This document shows, one piece after another, positions 43,047 through 55,901 of a stretch of DNA of 64,000 bases; the first letter of the stretch is position 1; each line of letters opens with the position of its first letter. A model generated the notes under the pieces. That model was given only the letters and a program-made list of their open reading frames with translations. It made no database searches and was not told the origin of the DNA. Source of the DNA: the human T2T-CHM13v2.0 reference genome, Homo sapiens; NCBI RefSeq assembly GCF_009914755.1, contig NC_060925.1; one strand, given 5' to 3'. The translations under genes were made by a program, and so were the position numbers.

Positions 43047-45088
43047 TAGGATGGCTTTGTCACCATCCTGCTTAGAGTATGGAGCTGAGCTCAGCTGATC
43101 AAACTCTGGGGACTCGTTGCAACAATTTTTTCCCTCTCTTTAGAGACCAGTAGGAAGTGCTGCTGTTTCTGACCTAAAACTTGTTATTTTAGCAGTTCTG
43201 GCACCAACAATGAATGGGCAACAAATGTGTCCCATGACAAATGGCAAGAGTATTTTCTAGCTTCCATTTCTTTATCTTGCCTCCTTTTCCTTTATCTTTC
43301 CACATTTGTCCATTTGTCTTTGCCCAAACGGAAGGATGGAAGGAGAGCACTGTCCATGAAAAAGGGTCTGTTGTTTTGGGTTAAATTGGAATTACATCAA
43401 GTCTGAGGCCATTGACCGGAGTTCAAATGGTCCCAGCCTAGATGAGGAAGATTGTAGCCCTTTCTTTCTCCACCTGAAGTCAAGGTCCTCTCCAAGGGAC
43501 CATTGCTTATACATGCTCATTGTTTGCTTTGAGCCAAGTTTCCGTGTGGACAGTGGTGCATGGTGGCCTCTCAGGTCCCTGGGTTAAAATCTTGTGCAAG
43601 AGTCTGTATGGTATCTTTGCATGGTTTAGAGCATGTACTGTGTATTGTGTGGCCAATGGACTGGAACATGAGAATACTGATCATTGTTACTGATAGACTT
43701 AAAACCTCACATGGCCTTGATTAAAAAGTAAGCTGACTATCTGCAACCACTGATTTCTCCCTTTGCCTTGTGTTCGGATGGGGTTGAAGGCAGTTTGAAA
43801 GAGGTAGGAAATCATGTATTTGTTGCATTCCTTCTAAAATGTAGGTGCTTAAATTTTTAACCTTCTTCCTTAACTAAGTGATCCTAATGAACATCTAGTA
43901 TTTTGCAAATTAGAAGAGAGACTCATGACAAGACTTCCCAAACTTCTGCCTATTAGAATTACCTAAAATGAATTTAAAACATCCATTGTTCAAGATGTAT
44001 CCCATATAGACTAAGGCAAAATCTCTGGAATCCAGGAATCAGTATATGTTTCCATACTTTCTCAGGTGATTCCAATATGTACCCACATTTGAGAACCAGC
44101 TACAAGTAGGGCTAAAAACTGGCAAGTGGCATTTACACTAACCCCTCCAAGGAGTTTGGCTTGGATGGAAGAAACAGTGACCTCACTCCTGTTGCTTAGG
44201 AGGAGCTACCTGTCTATTCTGCTGCCCATGTTCATAATCCCTGAAAGAAAGCAGGCTTCTGAATTTTCTCCTAAACTGTGTCTCTGCCCACCTCTTTCCT
44301 CATCTCCCCCATGCTAGGCTTCTTTTTACAGAGAAGTGGAGATGATGGGGCTCAAGGGAAAGGCCTATGATTTCAAAGGATCTATGAAAGTATCAGCCTA
44401 TTAAATGAAAGGTCCTACCTGCCTCTGTGGAATTGTATTCAATGATTCTTTAGACAGGAGTGATGACATTTTGCAGCTCCTTGAGTCATGTTGGATGGGA
44501 TCCAAATAAATACTTGCCTTACATAGGCCCTTCCCCAGCCTCAGCAAAGAGTTCTTCAGTCTGGAGGAACTAGGGCCACCATATCCAGCTTGATTTCATG
44601 TCCCCTTTCTCTTCTGAAAAACTCCAACGTGGAACGGACATATTGACTAGTTAGTTTCAGGGGAAGGCAAGTACATGTAGACAAACAGATGTTCGTGTTC
44701 ACAGGTAAGCTCAATCCTGCATTCCACTGCACTCACAACTTCTAACTGTGGGAGTGAATCCTACTTTTAGAACTTTCCTTGGAGTCTGTCATGAAGGATT
44801 ATAGTAGGATCCAGGAGTGGGGCCACTGGACTTTTCCATTGTATATACTGATGACTTTAAGATACTTTATTCTCTACCTCTTGTGTCTCCTGCTAGGAAA
44901 TACAAAGGGTGAGAGTTACAACCTCTAGGTTACAAGCCTTAGTCTAATTAGTATACCAAAGTGAACTGGGATCTCTGACATTCCACATGTCTCCTTTTAG
45001 TCTCTATTCTTAGCAATCACACACTTCCTTGCAAATTCTTCCCTTCTGACACCCCATTTGCTTCTTACTAATGTTTCTTTCTGCCCAG

Positions 45089-45340
45089 GTGCCAGCACTG
45101 TTCCTCCTGCTTCCACAGCTACATTGCTGAGCAACGACTTGGAAGCCGACTCTTCCTACTACCTCAACTCTGCCCAGCCTCACTCTCCTCCAAGGGGCAC
45201 CATAGAACTGGGAAGAATCCTAGAGCCTGGGTACCTGGGCAGCAGTGGCAAGTGGGATGTGATGAGGCCTCAGAAAGGGAGTGTATCTGGGGACCTATCC
45301 TCAGGCTCCTCTGTGTACCAGCTTAACTCCAAACCCACAG
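45089..45340 (+). CDS. PDE4DIP: PDE4DIP exon (ASTVPPAST...NSKPT)
   Basis: CCCAG acceptor, CAG|GTAAAG donor, 252 nt phase 1-1. Confidence 0.92.
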
Positions 45341-46537
45341 GTAAAGCACAAAGCAGAGATGGCAGCCTTTGAAAAGAAGTCTCATTTGGAGTCTACTCTT
45401 TTCCTACCCAGGCAGGACTATTTCATTCCTCCTCCATCCCTGGCTCACAGAGTGGATATAAAATGCAAGAGCTGTATCAGGGCTCAATCCTTTCCAAGTA
45501 CATTTCTTCATTCTCCTGCCCAGGGCCTCAGTGCTCTGTAGGGATATGGGAAAGTCAGGGACCCACCTCTTGTGCTGTCACACTCATGTCCTTCCATCCC
45601 TCTGCAGCCTGGCCTCTTTGCAGCCCACTCTCTTAGACCCTTCCAGAATGCCAGGCATAGATGGGACTTTCTTCCATCAGTCAGGACTTGTCACAGGAAA
45701 GGGTGTAAGGGTGCAGCTCCCTGACCCTGCAAATATATCCTGTGCACAAAATTCAGTCACAGCAAGTGGAGAGGTATAGCTAAGCTCATAAATGCTGAGA
45801 TGCCGCGCAGTTCCAACAGTAAGACAATCGTAATTTTCAGGAAAAGACTGAGCCCAAAGCAAAATGGTGCAGTTAATGTCCGGTGTAAGCATCCGTCTGA
45901 CTTTTCTGGATATTTTTGCTTTGTTTGGCAGGGGGAAGGGGGGTGTCATCCCCTCTCTAATTTGCCTTCAGATCTCTAGATCCTTCCAGGCTATTCTTTC
46001 ATCTTCCATATTAAAAGTGATTTCAGGGAAGCATTCAGTGTCAGTCATTAACCGCATAGGGTGAGTGTAAGATCACGTACTTTTACTTTAGGCCTTCTTT
46101 CTAAGGGTGGGAGGAAGGGCTTTGTCCCTTGCTAAAGAATGCTCACTCACGTGTCAGTAAGAAGAAAGGTAGAGTGAGGTCTCACCTATCATCCTCATAG
46201 TCACACCCAGGAGGTGGCCACACCTTTCCAGATGCTAGGCAGGCCTTGTCCAGAGCCCTCAGTTATTTTTCTAAAACGTGGAACTCTCACAAGACCCCTG
46301 TGTGGGAGGAGGCCCATGGAGATTTTTTAGCAAGTGACTGTCATGTGTTTGAAAGCACATTGACTGTTTAAACAAAACTACCATTCTTTTGGGTGTCCGT
46401 GTGAGAGGACACAGTTGGCAGAAGGCTAGTGATATTTACAGGTCTTGCTGCAGGTCCCCTAGCCGAGCCCCACCCCCATCAGTAACCAGGATTCTCCATC
46501 TCCCACCTCTCTTCATGTCCTGGTGGTTTGGCCGCAG

Positions 46538-46669
46538 GGGCTGACCTGCTGGAAGAGCATCTTGGTGAAATCCGGAACCTGCGCCAGCGCCTGGAGGAAT
46601 CCATCTGCATCAATGACCGCCTACGGGAGCAACTGGAACACCGGCTGACCTCTACTGCTCGTGGAAGGG
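46538..46669 (+). CDS. PDE4DIP: PDE4DIP exon (ADLLEEHLGEIRNLRQRLEESI...ARGR)
   Basis: GCAG acceptor, GG|GTAGGA donor, 132 nt phase 1-1. Confidence 0.93.
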
Positions 46670-47331
46670 GTAGGAGAGGCCCAGACCTTCCTGTTTCTGG
46701 CTCTATTTAGGGACTTTTAGGCAGAGCTTCACAGATATTCTTTACTTCACTCGCTCCTTATGAACAGTCCAGCAAGGGAGGTGGGCAAGTACTGTCATCC
46801 CTACTTTCTGAATATATCTGAGTTTAGAGAGTAACTCTCTTTAAGGCAGAACTACGTCTGATGCCCAGAGTCACCTGACTTCTCACCCCATACTTAATCT
46901 GCTTATATACTGCTGATGTCTGTGCCTTTGTTGTGTGATTGATAAGTGGTGGAACCAGGTCTGTAAGGGTCCTCCCACCTCTACCCTCGCCTCTTTACCA
47001 AGGTGGCCTTTCTCCTTACACTCTCCTTCCAAGCTGCTGTCATGTGGAGGCCAGTCTTTCCATATGTTGTTGTCCTGCCTATACCACAGCAGCAGCTGTT
47101 TAGGGAGATCGAGCCTCCTGCACCATTGCAGTTACGGCATGTGATGATGCACGCAAAGAATCCACTGAGAAGAGGCACACAGAAAACATGTACCCAGCCC
47201 CCCACGCTTCATTCAGGGCCAGGCCTTCAGTCCTTGGGGTTTTCTGCTGGGTTGGGGCAGTATCTTTGAGAGATAACGAATGGGAAACTTTTGAAAGTTT
47301 CTGTTACCCAAATGTCTACTTTCTGGGACAG

Positions 47332-47451
47332 GATCCACTTCTAACTTCTACAGTCAGGGCCTGGAGTCCATACCTCAGCTCTGCAATGAGAACAGAGTCC
47401 TCAGGGAAGACAATCGAAGACTTCAGGCTCAACTGAGTCATGTTTCCAGAG
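47332..47451 (+). CDS. PDE4DIP: PDE4DIP exon (STSNFYSQGLE...SHVSR)
   Basis: ACAG acceptor, AG|GTACGT donor, 120 nt phase 1-1. Confidence 0.9.
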
Positions 47452-48936
47452 GTACGTGGTCAAAACCCACAAACTGTGGTCACTCTTAAGTTTCTTTCTT
47501 CCCTGGCCACACTAATCACCAACTGGAGAAGCAAACAGAAGAAGGTAGAGGTAACAGAGCTACTCAGATCCACCAACCCAAACTCACAGCTATTCTCAGT
47601 CTAGAGAAGGCTGCTTTCTAAGATGTTCCAACTATGGGCCCCTCAGACTCCTAGTCCCCAGAAGCGAAGAGCTCTAGGAAATCCATCATTTCTGTACAAG
47701 CCCACCTGCATATATCCAGAGTCACAAGCTATCAATTTGGATACCAGTCTGGTATCTGCTCTACCTCCCTTCACTCACAACTGACTTGGAACCAATAAAG
47801 GAGGGAGTGCGAATGCCTATCTTCCCTCTCAAGTTTCTCCAGACTTTACTGCAGCAGCATGTGTCGCTCCTGGCCCTGCTGTGCCATCCCTCTGCCTCCT
47901 CACCACATCTCTCACTCATAGACTCAGGGCTTCCCTCTGGTCAGTACTCCCATGACTCCATGCCGAGTGGCACTAGCAAATGCCCCCCAGCACTTTCCCA
48001 GCCCTAGCCAGGGGGCGCTCACAGGTGGGCATCATTTCTCGTGTGGCTGGGAGGCAGCTGACCTTGGTGTTAGTCTACTTGATCAGATCAATGTATTATC
48101 GATAACAAAGTATTTTTATTCACAAATATTTATGAACAGCCATGAAAAGACTGAGGGTAGTATCCAAAAGGATTAAGCCCAGAATGAAGGAATGCTTGTG
48201 GAAAAGGAAAAAGCCACCAAGAGATATTTCTAAATTAGCCACCCAAATTAATTAATTTAATTAATTGATTTCTGTATTAGCGAGAAGATTTGAGAGGAAA
48301 GGTCACTGCTGGGGGACGATAACAAAAGTTAACAGATAAGAAAGAGGGCAGAACTACTGAGCTACCATTGCATGCTTGGAGAGAATAGAACAGACCTCAG
48401 CAGGTGAGAAGACAGTAAGAGATTTAAACGAGTACAATTTGCCAGGCTCAGGTGACTCTTTCCCCAGAGGACTTACTGAGCCTGCAGCTGTATTTTTAGA
48501 GTCCCTTCAATAATCTTTGACAACTTGTGAAGATCAGAGAAGTGCTGCAAGTTCAAAAACAAAAAATCTCAGTTTTCAAAATAATGAAAATGAGATCCAA
48601 AAAGAAATCTTGACGTTGATCTTTGTCAAAATTCAAGAATGGATTATTGAACAGACGATATGTGAGCACTTGGAAAGTGGTGATCATTAGAAAGCAGAAT
48701 TTCTCTAAGAGCAAGGTAGGACAGATTAAATAAGTGGCATGAAGGGTTTTGCAAAGAGAGAGAGGCACCATGCTCCAGGCTCTGGGGGATGTTGAGCCAG
48801 CATGCTCTTCCCACCAACATAGGGCCTTCCTTCCCTGCTCCTTAGCTCTGTCTGTCAGGGTGGATGTGCTTGGGGTCATCTTCCAGCTGAGCTCTGGCCC
48901 CATGATAATAAATCAATCCTGTGTTCCTCTCACCAG

Positions 48937-49126
48937 AGCACTCCCAGGAAACAGAAAGCCTGAGGGAGGCTCTGCTGTCCTCTCGATCCCACCTTCAAGA
49001 GCTGGAAAAGGAGCTGGAGCACCAGAAGGTGGAAAGGCAGCAGCTTTTGGAAGACTTGAGGGAGAAGCAGCAAGAGGTCTTGCATTTCAGGGAGGAACGT
49101 CTTTCCCTCCAGGAAAACGACTCCAG
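48937..49126 (+). CDS. PDE4DIP: PDE4DIP exon (HSQETESLREALL...ENDS)
   Basis: CCAG acceptor, CAG|GTAAGA donor, 190 nt phase 1-2. Confidence 0.93.
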
Positions 49127-49818
49127 GTAAGAGGGGACCCATTGACAGAGAAGGTAGCATTCTTCATTCTTACATTCATTCTTACATTACAAGAGGAAGG
49201 GATATTGGCAAGACAATTGATGTCCTCTTTTGGAAACCTAAATGTTCCCTCTGCTATTCCTGATTTTTGTGTGTCAGTGGGGTGGGGGGAGGGGCGCTTT
49301 GAGCAGAAGAAAGGACTTCTCTGGGAATGCCTTGTCACTCCCAAGTTGAGAGAGTAAAACTCTGTTATAGAAGTCTTCAGTATATCAGAGACATGAAAAA
49401 GAAGGGTTCCCATGCTTCCAATTAGATATAGGACATTAGTCTCACCATCACCTAGGAAGCTTCTATACTGGCTGTGATGCTTGGTCCCAGCATAAGCCCT
49501 GTAACTGCTTGTCAGAATGCAAAGAGCACTGTAGGAACAGTAAGGAGACTGTGCTGGTGTGTCTGTTCTGCTCTGAACTAATGTAGGTAATGGTGTGTTT
49601 TCAAGCAAAGTTACTTGACCTCCCTCAGCCTCCATTTCCATATCTGCGAAATAAAAGTGATAGTCTTCATGACCCCCTGAGTTGACATCTGGGGCTCAGA
49701 TGTAACCCTAACTGTAACCCTTTATGACCCTCTGAGTTGACATCTGGCTCTCAGCTTGTTGCTCTGGTGTGGCTGAGTAGCTCTGCCATCTCAGTGGGCC
49801 TTGCCTCTCCCTGGTCAG

Positions 49819-49943
49819 ACTGCAGCACAAGCTGGTTCTCCTGCAGCAACAGTGTGAAGAGAAACAGCAGCTCTTTGAGTCCCTCCAGTCAGAGCTACAA
49901 ATCTACGAGGCACTTTATGGCAATTCCAAGAAGGGGCTGAAAG
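49819..49943 (+). CDS. PDE4DIP: PDE4DIP exon (LQHKLVLLQQQCEEK...KKGLK)
   Basis: TCAG acceptor, AAG|GTATGT donor, 125 nt phase 2-1. Confidence 0.92.
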
Positions 49944-50381
49944 GTATGTGTTCTTCTCCCCTCACCCCATGAGCTTTTTGCCCTTGCATAGGATGCTAGT
50001 GAGGTCTTTCCTTTGGGAGTTGTGGAGATCATGGGAAGCTACAGAGTTCTGTTGCAGAAACCCCCACCCGAGCCTGGGGCTCCCAGTAGGAGCTCTCAAA
50101 CACAAAGCCCAACGGGACAGGTTGGTGGCACGAGCAAGATCCGGCCTGATCATTCCTAATTACTTTAAGAAAATCTAGACATTCCTATCAATGTCTAGAT
50201 TGTAACATTTTTGAAAGCAAAAGAACTGTCCTAATGATATCATCATTTGAAAAGGCCTTTAATATTGTCGGTGATACATACTGACAACCCATTCAGCCCA
50301 ATGCAGCAGGCAGTCCGCTCCCACCCTGACCCTTTCCCTAGTGACATCTGGCGCTCAGCTTATTGCCCTCTCATGTAATTT

Positions 50382-50532
50382 TCATAAATCCTGATTTAGT
50401 TTCCTGATTTTCTAAAGAGAAGGTGAACTGGAATTTGAAGAAATACAGGGGCTTACCAGGCTGGGCGAATAGCTTAAGTACAAAGTCATGGTGAGTGTTG
50501 AGTCAGTGGGGACCAGCCTGCCCACAGGAGAA
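50382..50532 (+). repeat. Local direct repeat B, copy 1 (~150 bp)
   Basis: About 90% identical by eye to 51280-51430. Confidence 0.9.
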
Positions 50533-51279
50533 AATTAAAAGACACAAAAACAAAAACAAAAAAACCTTATAGAAATACCACTAATAGGACCTAAATTTCA
50601 ATCCTGGATTTAAATATTAAGGACATTTATTGAAGACTTTGCTGCCTGCTGAAATAATAATCTAATATTTGAGAATTTTGATATATTTCTTCATTCTTTA
50701 AATGGAGAAGGGTATTCAAAACATAATGTGAATAAGTCACAGCAGGCTGGAACAGAGGACGACATCAATGTCGTGAAATTTAGCAAAGATAAAAAGCAAA
50801 ATCCTGAGCTTGATTAAAAATATCAGTGGTAGAAATATAGGATGAGGGTAGAAATATAGGACAGGCAGCCATTCATGGACATGAGGGTTTGGGGTTTGGT
50901 AGAAACATGTTCACACAAGTAAGGTGTAGGACAAAGGTTGCTAGAAATGCCAGCTCAAACTGGAACTACAGTAGTGTAAGTGTGATGTTCGCCTGTGGAG
51001 ACCATGTCTAAAATATTGTTAGATTAAGGGGCACCATCTTTGAAAAGGGCGTTGACACACTAGGGAACATAATGAAGACAGGGCGCACAATGGTGTGGAC
51101 CAGAAATCTCCAACTAGTCAAAGAAACTAAAGAAATGTAGGCTTTCAAAAGATCTTGAGGACATGAGAACTGGCTTCGGATATTTGAAGAAGTGTCAGGT
51201 GAAAAAGAACTCATGTATTTTATGTCCCTCCAGAAGGCTAAACAAAGAGTGAAGGGCAGTGGAAGTTAGATTAGAATTA

Positions 51280-51430
51280 TCATAAATCCTGATTTAGTTT
51301 CCTGATTTTCTAAAGAGAAGGTGAACTGGAACCTGAAGAAATAGAGGGGGCTCACCAGGCTGGGAGAATAATTTAAGTACACAGTCATGGTGAGTGTTGG
51401 GTCAGTGGGACCAGCCTGACCACAGGAGAA
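51280..51430 (+). repeat. Local direct repeat B, copy 2 (~150 bp)
   Basis: About 90% identical by eye to 50382-50532. Confidence 0.9.
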
Positions 51431-51934
51431 GCTTGAGGTTGGAGTGAGAAGTCAGGATGGTGGAGCAGAGTCACCAAATCTTGAAAGCTCACAGGTCAGG
51501 GTAAAAGTTGACATTCTGTATAGTAGATAATGAAACTAAGTCTGTTCTTTTTCAAAGAAGATAAGCATATGATGAAAACAGAACTTTAGGATGCTAAGTC
51601 TTAGGGGATGTCCTGGAATTGGGAGACATTAGAATCTGGGAAACGTATTGGATGGGTCTAGTGATATTCTGGCACATTAAGAGATGACAGTCTAATATAA
51701 GGTGCTATTGGGAAGATGAAAGGGTATAGATAGATTTTAAAACATCTCTTAAAAAATAAGCAAAATTTAGTGAGAAGTTGGGTTGAGAAAGAGAGAGAGG
51801 AACATCATAAAACTTTGGGCAAAATTCAAGAGTAGATTATTTACCAAAGTCCCTAAAATTGGTTCATCCTGAGCTACCTTTCCTTTCATGCTTTTCTCCC
51901 TGCCTTTTAGGACTCATTTCAAAGCTACAACCAC

Positions 51935-52254
51935 TAAAGCTCCATAATCTCTTATCTGTAATTTCAAAATCCAGTAAGATTTCCAAATTAAATTTTTCAA
52001 ATACTCATTTAGTGACAAAATCTAGATGATCTGACATGAGGATATTCATAAGTCTTTATTTATCTACTTAGAATATTCACATAGCTCATTGCGGAAATAG
52101 TTATATGTTTGATAAAGGATTGTGGCTCACATGCAACTGGGTACATGTTATATATGATATATGCACCCTGTTGCCTTGCTAAAAACTAAAACAAATTTTA
52201 CCTTTCGAAATACATTTGGCCTTAAGGTTTTCAGATAAGGGATTGTAGCCTCGT
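51935..52254. mobile_element. Old DNA-transposon MITE (TcMar-like), family not assigned
   Basis: Degenerate TIRs CCATAATCTCTTATCTG / CAGATAAGGGATTGTAG. Confidence 0.55.
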
Positions 52255-52376
52255 AGAATATTTCTTAGATCTCTTCATCCCCAGTACAAAGAAATAGCCA
52301 TGTGGTGAATGGAGGTAAATATATATACATATATATATTTATATATATGTGTATGTATATATATGTGTGTACATGT

Positions 52377-52915
52377 CATATATGTACATGTATATGTGTG
52401 CACATATATATGTACATGTATATGTGTGCACATATATATGTACATGTATATGTGTGCACATATATATGTACATGTATATGTGTGCACATATATATGTACA
52501 TGTATATGTGTGCACATATATATGTACATGTATATGTGTGCACATATATATGTACATGTATATGTGTGCACATATATATGTACATGTATATGTGTGCACA
52601 TATATATGTAGATGTATGTGTGTGCACATATATATGTACATGTATGTGTGTGCACATATATATGTACATGTATGTGTGTGCACATATATATGGACATGTA
52701 TGTGTGTGCACATATATATGGACATGTATGTGTGTGCACATATATATGTACATGTATGTGTGTGCACATATATATGTACATGTATGTGTGTGCACATATA
52801 TATGTACATGTATGTGTGTGCACATATATATGTACATGTATGTGTGTGCACATATATATGTACATGTATATGTGTGCACATATATATGTACATGTATATG
52901 TGTGCACATATATAC
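52377..52915. repeat. 28-bp minisatellite CACATATATATGTACATGTAT(A/G)TGTGTG, ~19 units
   Basis: Units start every 28 bp from 52401; flanked by TA-, CA- and GA-microsatellites spanning 52320-53032. Confidence 0.95.
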
Positions 52916-53002
52916 ACCTATATATAGTATGTATATACACACAACATATATAAACACACTATATGTAGGTGTATATATATGTACACACACACACACATAT
53001 AT

Positions 53003-53033
<31 letters not shown>

Positions 53034-53514
53034 AATTGAAAAACTCAGTTATAATCCCTCGTCTAAGGTGCCCAACTCACATTCTCACATGCTACCAAAA
53101 GACCTCCTCCTTCTCTTTCATTTTTGAGAGTGAGGACTATGAAATCTCTTTCTTCCTCATCCCCTACCCTTCTCTAGCTCAGTGCTGACCTTCTACCTTG
53201 GAGTATCCTATACTTTAGCCTACAGGATTAAGGTTACTATGGAGATGAAATATGGACTTATCTTCATCTGCCAATCAAATGCTCTATAGGTGCATGTGTG
53301 TAACTTAAGCCGCAGGGAAGTTTCAGACTGGATGTGTGCCAGCTCAGTGCCATCCCCAGGCCACACACAGAAATGGTGACATCTCCATCACAGATGGGTT
53401 GCATGAGACTCAGATGATAGTGGGGTCCTTGGCAGAAAAGAATGTCACAGAGGAGGGTTCTGACAAGTGCTTGGAAATACTTGGGTCAATGTTACCAGAC
53501 TCCTTCTCTCTCAG

Positions 53515-53754
53515 CTTACAGCCTGGATGCCTGTCACCAAATCCCTTTGAGCAGTGACCTGAGCCACCTGGTGGCAGAGGTACGAGCTCTGAGAGGGCAG
53601 CTGGAGCAGAGCATTCAGGGGAACAATTGTCTGCGACTGCAGCTGCAACAGCAGCTGGAGAGCGGTGCTGGCAAAGCCAGCCTCAGCCCCTCCTCCATTA
53701 ACCAGAACTTCCCAGCCAGCACTGACCCTGGAAACAAGCAGCTGCTCCTCCAAG
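53515..53754 (+). CDS. PDE4DIP: PDE4DIP exon (YSLDACHQIP...QLLLQ)
   Basis: CTCTCAG acceptor, AAG|GTAGGA donor, 240 nt phase 1-1. Confidence 0.92.
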
Positions 53755-55784
53755 GTAGGAAGGAAAAGGGACTTAGAAAGCCCTTGGCCAGTCGGGAGAT
53801 CACCAGGAAGTTCTGCGGCAGAAGGTGTAATCTGCCTGGTCCATGCTCCTTAGGGTCAGGTTGAAATCAGAGATGCTCTAGTCTAGCAACCTGAGTGAAA
53901 GCGTGGGATTTAGGTCAGACTGGGCTCCAGATTCTGAGTTTACCACTTAGAGGTCGTTTGATTTGGGCAAGGTGTCTAAAGTCTCAGAGGTTTAAGCTTT
54001 AGTTTCCTTATATTTAAGATGAGGATAATGATCATATGTACCTTATATGATTTTGAGCATTAAATGAAATCATTTACAAGTGCTTGGCACACTAAGAATT
54101 ACTCAATAATTAGCAGCTGTATATGTTCATATCTTTTTCTTGGATTTGCTTGGTGCTTTAGTTTTAGCCAAGTGTTTTCACATATATAATTTCATCTGAA
54201 GTAAAGCAGGTTTTGCTATCTCTGTATTTCACATAAGAAAACTTAGGTCCTGAGATATTAACAGACAAGCGGGGGTTTAGAGAAGTTATAGACAAAGCCA
54301 GGATCAGAACCAGATGTTGTGATTTTCAGTCTGTGTTCCTTCCAGCTCATTGTGCCCTGTCTCAGTATTGCCGACCTTCCCAGATTCTCTAGTCCCCCTT
54401 TCCCTCACAGGTGGGGAACTCAGTGTATGGTAAAATGTTCCTGCCCCTAAGGAAACAGGGCTCTGGGGAAGTCCTGGATGGTGGGTGATTTATTTCGGGT
54501 GGTCATCATTCGCTTTCTCTACCCCACCCCTTGCCTGCCTTTTCAGATAGGCGTGTTTGACCAGGTCCCCCTTCTCAATATCCTCTATCAATCTCACTTC
54601 TCCCAGTTTTCATTGAAATGTCAATGGTGTCCCCCTAGTCTCTTAAATCATTCAATTTCTACTTCCTCTGTCCTTTTCTCCTTTTGATACACCGTTTAGT
54701 ACACCATCTCCACTCACCTCCATGGCCATACCTTCAATTTTATTCAAATCAGGAACCACTTCTGTTCAGTTTCTCTAAAGCTGAGCTTTCAAACTCTCCT
54801 GCCAGCTATTTCTGGGTCATGTTAATCTTTGTTTTTCTGTGGTTCTTGTAGATTCTCATTTATCTGACAGTAACCTTATTTGTCAAATGAAGGTGACAAT
54901 AACATGATTATGCTGTTTTGGCAATTCAATAAAAAAACACATGTGGTCCACCAAGCAAACCGCCTGACCACCAGGCACTGCTCAGCTTACATTAGTTGGA
55001 CACCTTGCCCTCCTCTGGGCTGCCCTGATGGTTGTGGTGTTCAGTTATGTCTCCAACTCTTCCTTCTAACCAGGCCTTCTTCTCTCACTGGCTTCCCATA
55101 CAGCAGCCAAGACTCAGCCCCACTGATGCAGTCCCTGCCCCTCTTTCTCTAGCACCCCGGAGGCCTGAGCTGGAAAGCAGGCACTGGGCCACACTTGCCT
55201 GAGCAGGACCTTTTCTACCTTCTTTGTGATATTTTCCAATTCCTCCACCATAGGGTTGCTTTTTAGTCTCCAGCAAGACAATGTTAACCCACCAAGCCTT
55301 CTGTCTCCGTTCTTCTCATACAAGTCAATTTTTTTCAGTATTACCTCATCAGAATGATGACTAGAATGTTGAGTCCCCCATGAATCCATTCATTCCTTGA
55401 TTCTTTGATTCTAGATTTTAATATGTACTATGTATATTTATACATATTACATTTAGTTACAGGGCATCATATTAGATACCACACACAAATTATACTTAAG
55501 ACTCGGTTTATAAAAATACACCTAATAATTTTTCAAACTAGAAGTTACGTTCTCATGGAACACCCCTCAATTACAGGAATATCTTTTTGTTCTGAAGAAT
55601 GGAAACATTCTGAACTCAGTGACTCATAGGCTTTTGATTTTGCTTTGGCTTGTGGGGTATGGATAATTCTGTAAGAGGAGAGTCCTGCCACCTTAGGTCT
55701 CAGTGGGGACAGCTAGGTGTGCATGTGCTTCATGTGCAGTGTGTTCCAGGGCTCCTGAAAACTGTGGTTGCCTTTACCCCCTAG

Positions 55785-55901
55785 ATTCAGCTGTGTCCCC
55801 TCCAGTCCGGGATGTTGGTATGAATTCCCCAGCTCTGGTCTTCCCCAGCTCTGCTTCCTCTACTCCTGGCTCAGAAACGCCCATAATCAACAGAGCAAAT
55901 G
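55785..55901 (+). CDS. PDE4DIP: PDE4DIP exon (SAVSPPVRDVGM...INRAN)
   Basis: CCTAG acceptor, TG|GTAAAT donor, 117 nt phase 1-1. Confidence 0.9.

Noticed and set aside
52377-52915. CRISPR-like 28-bp repeat array
   Set aside because: No unique spacers, no cas genes, eukaryotic intron.
52275-53039. Seven long overlapping ORFs (100-245 aa) on both strands
   Set aside because: Alternating purine-pyrimidine sequence cannot form TAA/TAG/TGA, so open frames are an artefact of the minisatellite.
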